From positions 1,922,001 through 1,986,000 of the forward strand of contig CM102287.1 of the NCBI GenBank assembly GCA_046563655.1: DNA of 64,000 nt, in the 5' to 3' direction. This document shows, one piece after another, positions 1 to 9,317 of this stretch. Origin of the DNA: Yuukianura sp. NJ FZ-2021. Taxonomy: Eukaryota. The notes below the pieces were generated by a model. That model ran no database searches, was not told where the DNA came from, and saw nothing but the letters and a program-made list of their open reading frames with translations. A program made the translations under genes and the position numbers. The first letter of the stretch is position 1; each line of letters begins with the position of its first letter.

Positions 1-1790
1 TCTCCACATCCCACAACTGTAACTTCTGTTTTCTTTCTTTCATCTTCTGTAGAAACGACAGGGCTTTGTTGTCTGTGATAATTGTAAATTCTTGACCTTC
101 TATGTACTCCCTGAGTTTTCGATAAGCCCAAATGATCGCAAACAGCTCCTTTTCGTAAATATGATACCGAATTTCTGAATTTCGTAGAGTCTTGCTTATG
201 AACATCACTGGTCTCTCAACACCATTAAACACTTGCGTCAAGGCTGCTCCCAACCCTAACATAGACGCATCACACTTTAGCAAAATTGGATGATCATAGT
301 CCACAGCATGAAGCATGACATCGTTGCACATTGCTTCTTTAATTGCTTCAAATGACTTTTGTTGTTCTGGTCCCCACTGCCACGGTTGAGATTTTCTTAA
401 AAGTCGATACATAGGTTCTGCCTTTTCTGCAAAATGTTCTATGAAACTGGCGTACCACTGAGCCATTCCATGAAATCGTTGAACTTCTTTCACATTTTTA
501 GGCGTAGGAAAATCCACAATCGCTTGCACTTTTTTGGGACACTTTTTTAAACCAAGATCTGACAACTTATGACCTAAAACATCAATTTCACGTTGACACA
601 ACTGAAGTTTTTTGCGACTAAGGGTTAGGCCTGCCAACTTAAGCCTAGTTAACACTTTAGATAGATGCACCATATGCTCGTCCACTGTTTTACTGAAAAT
701 GATGATGTCATCCATGTATCCCTTCGCAAAGTTAGAAAAACCACGAATCACTCTTCTGATTAACTGTTGGCACGTTTTAGGACTATTTTTGAGCCCAAAC
801 GGCATCACTAAAAACTCATAATGTCCGTCTTGTGTCACAAATGCTGACTTTTCAACACTATCCGGATGCAACATCACTTGCCAGTAGCCTCTGTCCAAAT
901 CAAGCACTGAATACCAATGATTAGAAGGAATCGAATGTAAAATGGAATGTGCACTTTCCATTGGAGTTTCATTCGTCTTCGTTTGCTGATTTAAACAAGT
1001 ATAATCCACACAGAGTCTTTGGCTGCCATCTTTCTTCGGTACTAACACAACTGGTGCTGCATACGGTGATCTTGAATCCCGAATTATCCCTTCCTTGAGT
1101 AACTGTTCAATTTGATCATTTATCACCTTCTGAATCGCTGGTGACTTTTTGTAAGGATTCCTCGCAGGCGGGTATCCTTCATCTTCAATAATATGATGAG
1201 TCCAATCCGTTCTTCCTAATTTTCCATCGTCCCTAACCACAGTCGGGAACTGTTTTAACACTTTTTGCACTTTTTCTTGAATTTCACTATCACTTTCACT
1301 GTTATTGCTTTTTGGCAAAGCAACTGCAAAGTACGCTGAACCAGTCGTACCATGGGCGAAAGCCAAAGTAAATTTATGACTCTCATTCGCACCAAACCAA
1401 AACTGCTTTGACTTTAATCGAAGCACAATGTCGTTCTGAGCAATGTAGTCAGAACCCAAAACACACGGAACAGGAAGAGATTCTGCCACGAAGAACCTAA
1501 ATCTAACTGTTCTCTCCCCGATTTTTATGTACACAAAGGTGAAACCACTTAACTGTAGCTCCTGATTGTTCATTGTCGTTGTAGACTTATTTTCTAAAGG
1601 CACTACAACTGAATTTAACTTTTTACACAAACTTCTTTCAATTAGTGACTGTGAACATCCCGTATCGAAAATAGCCAAGAACTTTGACTCGTACGCAGTC
1701 ACAGTCACAAATGGTATAGTTTCGTCCGAGATTTGAATTAATGTTGGGTGAATGATGGACGACTCGTCATTCCCCTCCTTTAGTTTAACT
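1..1790 (-). CDS. pol: Gypsy Pol (protease, reverse transcriptase, RNase H), partial; -1 frame relative to gag
   Basis: Manual translation gives FDTGCS (about 1669-1652), YMDD (718-707, same frame), DASMLGLGAAL and YDKELFAIIW. It is absent from the ORF track, presumably because the frame is open past position 1. Confidence 0.9.
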
Positions 1791-3318
1791 TTTCTTTCAT
1801 ATTTGTAGAAGTAGAAGGCCCTTGAGCCTGGTTCACATCTTCACTTTGAGCCACAGCTTTCTTAGCCGCCTCACTAAATGATACTAGAGCCGCACCCATG
1901 TTCGTAGGACACTGAAACTGTCGATGACCGTAACCACTACATTTGTAGCACTGTACGTCTTCTGGATTCACTGGCTGCGAATTACCATTCCCACGACCAT
2001 TACCACGACCACTGGAACTACCACCACGATTTCCACGATAGCCACCTCTACCACGCTGCACTGACTGAGTTTGACTTTGAACAGAACTGTCTGAAACAGA
2101 AGGTCTTTGATTTTGACCTTGACTTTGACCTTGGTTCTGAACATCACCATGATTTGGGGGGAAGCCAGTGAACTGACTCCCATTAGCTGTCTGAACCGGG
2201 CTTTGCTCCTGGTTTTGATTATGGTAGCCACCTCTGCCGCGATAATTTGAGCCACGGTAACCACCACTGTAATTTCCTCTTCCTCTGTAGTAATTTCCGT
2301 TATTTCCATTATTCTTGTGATTAGCACTGGAACTAGCACCATCACTTCCACTTTTTTCATTTTCTGAATTTTTTGATTCAACTTTCACAATTGGTGGCAA
2401 CTTTGGGTATTTTTCACGATTAATTCGATCTTCTGCACTTAAATTAGCGTGAGCAACACGACACGCTTCAAACAATGACTCAACTGTAGGAAAACTGCCA
2501 GTACCTAGAGCTGTACGAAGTCTAGGGTATAGCGCCAGTTTTGCCCTCATAACAGCCTCAGCTGTTGTTTCATTTGGATACACCAATTTAGCACTGCGCA
2601 CCATATCGTAGATGAAATGTTCAGTTGGCTCATGTAATTGTTGTCTTCGGGTGTGCAAGAGTCTAGTCCGCTCTGCCACATCCATCCAATTGTCGTAACG
2701 ATCAATAAATGCATCTTTAAACTCATCCCACGTTGTCACTGTATTTAGAATATGCTCAAACCATGGCTGAGACTCACTTGGCAACACTGTTTTTACTAGG
2801 TACAAAAACTGTTGATCTGAATGTCCTTGTGCTGTGTAGTAGCGTTCCACATCAGCAAGGTATCCTGCCGCTGACATCTTCCTGGTGTCGAATTTTGGAA
2901 CTGGTAACTTTGATGACAACGAGGTAAACTTCACGTTCTTTAAGGCAGTAATCAGCGCCTCTGTCTGACTTTCACTTTCACTCACAGTGGAGGCCGCAGT
3001 AGCGACTCCCGTGGACACTCTGGACACTATTTTGTCTTCCACGCCTTTCATGGCTTTTGCTACCGCAGCAGCAACTATCTTGTCCACGTCATCTTTACTG
3101 TATGTTGCCATTGTCGATGCACCCGCAGGAACTGACACTATAGCACTAGATGTAGGAGTTGGAGATACACTCGGAGAAGTTTTGCTTCTCAAGAACGGTC
3201 CTTCCGCGTCAGGAGATAGTCCCTCTACCTCCACGCCGAATGCGACTGATTTGTCGATTTTTAACTTGGAAAGTTCACTAGGAACTTTCTTTTCACTCAT
3301 GGATGAACTTTGACACAA
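1780..3318 (-). CDS. gag: Gypsy Gag
   Basis: 512-aa ORF with a retrotransposon capsid-like region (WFEH...TWDEFKDAFIDRY), RG-rich tract and zinc knuckle CYKCSGYGHRQFQC. Confidence 0.9.
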   Translation of the reverse strand: MCQSSSMSEKKVPSELSKLKIDKSVAFGVEVEGLSPDAEGPFLRSKTSPSVSPTPTSSAIVSVPAGASTMATYSKDDVDKIVAAAVAKAMKGVEDKIVSRVSTGVATAASTVSESESQTEALITALKNVKFTSLSSKLPVPKFDTRKMSAAGYLADVERYYTAQGHSDQQFLYLVKTVLPSESQPWFEHILNTVTTWDEFKDAFIDRYDNWMDVAERTRLLHTRRQQLHEPTEHFIYDMVRSAKLVYPNETTAEAVMRAKLALYPRLRTALGTGSFPTVESLFEACRVAHANLSAEDRINREKYPKLPPIVKVESKNSENEKSGSDGASSSANHKNNGNNGNYYRGRGNYSGGYRGSNYRGRGGYHNQNQEQSPVQTANGSQFTGFPPNHGDVQNQGQSQGQNQRPSVSDSSVQSQTQSVQRGRGGYRGNRGGSSSGRGNGRGNGNSQPVNPEDVQCYKCSGYGHRQFQCPTNMGAALVSFSEAAKKAVAQSEDVNQAQGPSTSTNMKEKLN

Positions 3319-3493
3319 CGGAGGCCACTGTTAGTGACTCCCAGAATGAATAAATGGGCGAAAGCCGCTGTTAGCGACTCTCTTAGGTGATTTTATGCAC
3401 ACACACTTTTTTAATGCAAAATTTTTCACAAATTTTCTTACTTTTATCTTTCGTGACCTTTGATGACCTCCAGGTCACTGGATCTGGACACAA

Positions 3494-3503
3494 ACGGTCG
3501 CCA
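3494..3503 (-). promoter_or_regulatory. Gypsy primer-binding site TGGCGACCGT
   Basis: TGG-starting motif immediately inside the LTR end. It resembles the tRNA-Arg-type PBS of Drosophila 412/mdg1 (from memory). Confidence 0.65.
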
Positions 3504-3878
3504 TGTGTAACGCCCTCCGACGCTAGAACAACTGGAAAACAATCCTCACCAGACTCTCTCTGAGCCCACAGGCTCCCAGACCCAAATAACCTCCAGAAAT
3601 CACCACTGCAAAACCATCGACGAATAATAAATATAGGTATATATTTATTGAGTCGATGAATAATATACACTGAAACAACTGCTAAATACTGATCATAACT
3701 ACCGATCGCTCCAACTCACTCAATAGCCAATCCAAGACTAACTCTAATACACTAAATCTCCTCTCTCTCTAAAACCACACCGCATCTCAAAACTCCCGCG
3801 ACTCTCTCGCCGCATCTCTACCAAATCTCAATAAGACATAATCCTATGGCTACTAAACCTACGCAGCGACGCCCAACA
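3504..3878 (-). repeat. Gypsy 5' LTR
   Basis: Minus strand starts TGTT at 3878 and ends CA next to the PBS. The partner LTR is outside the window. Confidence 0.75.
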
Positions 3879-3879
3879 C

Positions 3880-4668
3880 CGAATACAAAAGGAATTCGAA
3901 GTAAAACGGATCCAGTGGATATTCAATCCTCCAGCATCTCCGTGGTGGGGAGGATTTTGGGAGCGGCTGATTCGATCAGTGAAAGACATTCTCAAAAGAA
4001 TTTTGGGTAAACGAGTCTTAAATTATGAACAATTGCTAACTTGCTTGTGTGACGCAGAAGCAGTTGTCAATTCTCGTCCCCTAACCTGTGTCACTGAGGA
4101 TTCGGAAGATCTGATCGCCTTGACACCAGCCATGTTCCTGCAAGAAATCACTGAAGTTCAGTTCCCAGAAGTTGATCAAGTCACACCGAAGGAACCTGAA
4201 CTACAAAAACAATTCCGTCATCTGACCCGTGTTCGTGAGGAGATCAAGTCCAGATTCAGAAAGGAGTACTTGTCTCTTCTGGTTCAACGTGGGAAGGAAA
4301 AGAAGATGAGGGAAATCAAGATTGGCGACATTGTCATCATCGGGAGTGACGATATGAAGCGACTCGTGTGGCCATTGGCAAAGGTGATTGAAATCATCCC
4401 GGGAAAGGACGGAGTCAAGCGTGTCGTCAAAGTGAAGACTGCAGTAGAAACCTTACTCCGCTCCATTCAGCGCTTATACCCACTGGAAGTGTCATTGGAT
4501 CTACCGGAAGTAGCTGCGATGCCACTACAAGAAGCTGCGACTGAAGTCGGAGTGGAACCGCGGAAGAAACTGACGACTGTTGTGGAAGAAGAATCTCCGA
4601 TCGAAGAGAAGGGCGTCACTACTCGTCGTGGTAGAACCATTAGACAACCGCAAAGATACGGCCAGTAA
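3880..4668 (+). pseudogene. BEL/Pao integrase C-terminus, cut by the Gypsy insertion
   Basis: WIFNPPASPWWGGFWERLIRSVK, EAVVNSRPL, LTPAMFL and WPLAKVIEIIPGKDGVKRVVKVKT are typical BEL/Pao motifs. Confidence 0.9.
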
Positions 4669-4784
4669 TTACTGATTTGAATTTTTGTACAATTTGATTA
4701 ATCTTCCATTCATTTCATTAATTGACTAATTTAGTTTTACATTTTAATTGTTTCTTTAACTCCCGTCAAAGAAAGGTGGGAAGA

Positions 4785-5133
4785 TGTTAGAAATATGAGA
4801 CTTTTTGTATGGGAGGAGCCAGAAGGGCTCTAATTTTAAAATAGCATTTTTGTCGGTTAGGTTTCTTTTGTATTTGATTTTTGTTCAGAAATCCTAACCT
4901 TTTGTGTGTGTAATAAGTATAAGTTGATAGGAAGAAGTGGAGCCGTTAGGAGCTAAGTTTTTTGCGCTCTCACTTCAATGGTGTAATTTGATTAATTCGG
5001 AATAATTAAAAGTAATAATCGTTTACATCTCCTGTCTCTTCATTGAGTTCTTTGAGTTCTCAATTAATTGGTTAACGGATACTCGGACCGGAGGTCGAGT
5101 AGTCCACATTTGAAATTCAGTATTGTTAATACA
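4785..5133 (+). repeat. BEL/Pao 3' LTR
   Basis: Starts TGTTAG right after the PPT and ends AATACA where the 508-bp repeat sequence begins. Confidence 0.75.
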
Positions 5134-5726
5134 GGAGTTCTCACTTTGATACTAGGAATCACGATCACTCAGTTGCCTATGGAATTTCAGGGAATATTCG
5201 ATTACAACACTGTCCAAATAAAAATTGAACATTCACCATTATTTGCAATTATTGGTTGGAATTTTCAAGAAATACTTTTGTATGTTTTACTAACATCGTT
5301 CACTTCAAATAAAGGACATCTTAATAACTTGTGTCCAAAAACAATCCGAAATTTTATTTTAGCACAACTTTACTATGCAACAAGTGCATAAATCTAACAG
5401 TCATTTAGGTTTAACTAAGTGGTGAACTATACAACAAAGCCTGAAACACTAAAACATGGAATTTACCTTTGTTACCGTTGATAACCATCTTTATCTTATG
5501 CATCAAATACCGGTCCACTTTGTCGTACTGCATCAACGACAAAATCACCCAGTGAACCACATGTTGTCAGGGTTCATCTTTGAGCACAAACGAGAAGTGC
5601 CGGTGAAATGTCGAGCTTGCCCTCACTCCAGATACCAACCAGGAGTTCTCACCTTGATACTAGGAATCACGATCACTCAGTTGCCTATGAAATTTCAAGG
5701 AATATTCGATTATAACACTTTCCAAA
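5134..5726 (+). repeat. About 1.2 units of the 508-bp repeat, opposite orientation to the main array
   Basis: Reverse complement of the 42021-64000 unit, with the same MEFTFVTVDN ORF on the + strand. Confidence 0.95.
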
Positions 5727-7733
5727 TGTTGAAAATAGCAAACAAGAATATGTTATAGTTATGACTCATGATGTGTGGTAATGACTAATCTTGATCTAGG
5801 ACACATTTATCTTAATTAGAATAAGAACAGGATTTGGTGGCATATTAATTATCAGGTTATTAGGTTGAGGTTAGAGTCATCAATACGATAGGCATTGCAT
5901 TAGGTCATTACGTCCTTAGACTCCAAGAACACGACGTTTTTAATTAAGGTTATGCTAATATGACTAATGCTAATTGTAGGTCAGTTAAGTAGTATAAATA
6001 CTGCCCTGTTAGATTGTATTAATCAGTATGTGCCTCGTAAGCTTCGAGATAAGAAGTTTATTGTTACTCTAAATAAAATCAACAAAATCCAAAGTGTGCA
6101 GTTACAGTGATTGATTTATTCAAAATCTTCAACACGTTATCAGCACGAAACTACTTCAGAGGGTCCCTTCTCCACTTTCTCCAAAGAAGACGAAATGGCT
6201 AACAACCCGAATACTTCAGCAGTAGCTGTACCTGGTGAGACCGTTACAAGCTATCATTTTGTCAATAAGAAATTTGACACTGACTCTATAACAAAGTTAA
6301 ACGACGAAAACTACATTACCTGGAAGTTGAGGCTCGAGAGTCTTTTTCGGGCTCATGATATTCTAGGCGTAGTGACAGGCACTGTACCAAGGCCTGCTGC
6401 GGCAGGGGCAGACCAAACAAAATGGGACCGACAGAATAACGAAGCCATAACGAGCATTTATTTATGCATCAAAGATAAAGAACTTAGTTCCATCGCAGGT
6501 TGTTCCACAGCTTCAGAAGCTAGGAACAAATTGGCTACCATACATCAAGATGTAAGTGGTGAGTCCAAAGGTTTACTGTGGCAAAAATTTTATAACGTGA
6601 AAACTAGTAGTGACAAAAATGCACTACAAGCGATGATTGAAATACAAAACATCGCAGTCCAATTGAGGACGTTAGGTTCTACAGTAGACGAAGAATCAGA
6701 AGTATCTAGGGTCATCACTAGTTTAGATGACGGAAGATACAAGCACTTTAAAGAAGCATGGAAATCAGTTGAAAGTTCTAAAAGAACTACTGGAAATTTA
6801 CTGTCCAGGCTTAAAGCTTTGGACATTGATAAGTCAGCAGAATCAAAAACAGAGGAAAGTACGTCAAAGTCGTTTTTCTCTAATGATGGGAAAGCGGGAA
6901 AATTCAAAAACCAAAACTACAAGGACAAATCAAATGACATTTGTAAAAACTGTTCCAAAAAGGGACACTGGGCTAGGGATTGCTTCTGGAATAAAGCTTC
7001 AGTCTCTCATAAGCATATCCCTAAAGGCACTAAAATTCGTCCTTATACTGGCTCTTGGAAAAGAGATCCAAATTATGTCCCAAATGAGCAAGCAAAGAGG
7101 GACACAAGAGAAAAGCATGCATACATGGTATGGCAATCAGATGACCTCGCAGAACAATGGATTAATGATTCCGGGGCTGACCAACACTACTGTGGAAATC
7201 GAGAGTGGTTCTCCGATTTCACAGTATATGAAGAGCCAAAACGGATTTCTTTGGCCAATAACTCTTGTAGCCATGCCGTTGGATTCGGTACAGTCAAAGT
7301 AAAGGCTTTAAAACAAGGGAGATGGGAAGTGATTGAACTACAGAATGTGGACTATGTTCCACAAGGAGTAAACCTTGTCTCAGAAAACGTACTTCTGGAG
7401 AAAGGTTTCGAAGTCGTTAAAAACAAGTATGGAGACATAACGTTTTTCTGGAATAACGAACCAGATATTGAAGCCGTCAGGAAAGATGGGCTTCAGATCA
7501 TGAAGTTTCGGCCTATAAGGAGACATGCGTTTACTTGTATCAAAGAAGTGACATGGCACAAGCGCCTTGCTCACATTAATGGCGAATTCATAAAACTTAC
7601 AAAAGAAAAAGAAGCCGCCCTTTGACTAGAAAAAATGAAGGAAGAGGATTACACTTGTAATTCCTGTGTCCTCGGAAAATCAAAACGGCAAGGTTATAAA
7701 ACCAGTTCAAGTGAAAGTAATTTTAAAGTTGGC
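5727..7733 (+). mobile_element. Ty1/Copia element, 3'-truncated at the Polinton TIR
   Basis: LTR 5727-6134 (TGTTGAAA...TTCAACA), PBS CGTTATCAGCACGA, gag-protease and start of integrase. Clearly homologous to the 19401-26324 element. Confidence 0.92.
6195..7733 (+). pseudogene. gag: Copia Gag-protease-integrase zinc finger, in-frame TGA at 7623-7625, truncated
   Basis: KLNDENYITWK, CKNCSKKGHWARDC, WINDSGADQHY, WHKRLAHIN...C..C. Confidence 0.9.
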
Positions 7734-7860
7734 AGTAGTATGATAATATCAGGTAAGAACGTAAAACGTTCTTAAATCGTTTGGTGAGTCACACATTTAA
7801 CTCATAAAGAATGCAAGGTTAGGTGCAAAGGTTAGGTTTTCGAAAGCTTTGAGTTGAGGG
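7734..7860 (+). repeat. Polinton left TIR
   Basis: AGTAGTATGATAATATCAGG...GAGTTGAGGG is the reverse complement of 32544-32670. Confidence 0.96.
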
Positions 7861-8162
7861 TACAAAGTCCGAACGTTTTTTCGAAGACGGAAGGAGGAGG
7901 GGTGACGCATGACCCTTTGGCAAGAATGCAAGGTCAGTTTAAGGCTGAAAGTCTGTTTTCGAAGGCCTTGTAGTCGTTGGTCCAAAGTCCGAAATGTTTT
8001 GAAAGACACCAGGACAGTGGTGAGTCATTTCCCAAAGTGTGCAAAGAAGGATCGTATTTTAATCGTGATTTCATCATGCACTATAAAAAGAGGAGCGCAA
8101 ACTATGTTTTGCGCATGTATATAAATTTAGTTGTGCTTAAGTTGTAGCAAGTCATTCAAAAT

Positions 8163-9082
8163 ATGGAAGTCCTCTTGACGTATGAGGGGAGATTAAAAAC
8201 GTACCAGAACGCTCAAGTCAGATGGCCGTTGAGTTTTGTGACCCCGGAAGCATGTTCGTGTGCGGGATTTTACTACCTTGGAGTAGATGACATGGTGGGT
8301 AATTTTCAACTTTTTCAAAAAAAAAAAAAAGAAGTCACGCTGTTGAATAATAATTTTTTGAACAGGTTGCTTGTCCATATTGTCGAGGTGTCGTTGGGCA
8401 GTGGGTGGTTGGTGACGACCCGTTGTTGGAGCACCGTAAACATTTCCCGCGCTGTCCGTATGTTGTAGTTCTAGTAGGTCTGCTGTCCGGGGTTGGATTC
8501 GTAGTTGCTCCAGATGCAACTAGAACCGTGGCGGGTGCCACGGCTGGATTTGACGTTTCCGGAAATGCAAACACTCGAACCGGAATGCCCAGCGCGGGAA
8601 GTACCGATGTTTCCGGTTCTGCTAACACTGCCGCCGACCCTGGTTCGTTGGGAATACATGGTTCCGGTGCTGGAACCGCAGGAACTCAGGCAGCCGAGCC
8701 CGATGCCGGCATTCCTGGCTCGGCAAGAACCGACGTGGCTGGGGCAACCGCGGCAGAAACCGACATAGCTGGCTCGGCAAGAACGTATGTGAACGAAATA
8801 ACTACACTCGAGACGGACATACGCGGCGCGGGAGGAACGCTACCCATCTTAAGAGCAGCATCCTGTGCTTTGGCATATGACGTTTATAATTTGGCGGCTG
8901 CCGACGTAACCCGCGACAATTCGAGTAACAGTCTTACTTGTAAGATTTGTTGGGACAAAGAAGCCTGTGACGTATTCCTACCGTGCAAACATCTGATTGC
9001 CTGTCCAACATGTTCGTTATCGTTAAAAAGTTGTGCAGTTTGCCGAGAACCTATACTAATTAGATTGAAGGTGTTTACTTAG
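8163..9082 (+). CDS. iap: Inhibitor of apoptosis (one BIR + C-terminal RING), intron 8295-8365
   Basis: Splicing GT..AG joins RLKTY..WP..AGFYYLGVDDM to VACPYC..W..GDDPLLEHRKHFPRCP. RING is CKICWDKEACDVFLPCKHLIACPTC...CAVCR. Confidence 0.92.
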
Positions 9083-9317
9083 TAGTGAAGTAGTGATATT
9101 CTATATTCAGTTTTCTAAGTCATCTCACAACCCAATTCATGTATCATTGAATTGAGTTGTGGGATGACTTTTGTTGCTGTGAGTTCGAATCTTAGTTTGG
9201 TATATGAATAAAAAAAAAGCAATGTGTTTATGCAACGTTTGGATGACGTGTTTTTGAATTAGTATTTAATGAGCTAAACTTCTGAGTAACTAAACATTCG
9301 TTGTCGGAGCTGAGACC

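Larger units (their letters stand above)
1..3878 (-). mobile_element. Ty3/Gypsy LTR retrotransposon, 5' part (continues beyond left edge)
   Basis: 5' LTR, PBS, gag with CCHC knuckle, then pol in PR-RT-RH order. It interrupts a BEL/Pao integrase frame at 3878/3879. Confidence 0.93.
3879..5133 (+). mobile_element. BEL/Pao LTR retrotransposon, 3' end
   Basis: Integrase C-terminal half, polypurine tract AAAGAAAGGTGGGAAGA (4768-4784) and 3' LTR. Confidence 0.9.

Noticed and set aside
5068..5758. ORFs 5068-5391 and 5456-5758 (also 32730-32918 and 41966-42292) as genes
   Set aside because: They are junction chimeras of repeat sequence with LTR or Helentron ends.
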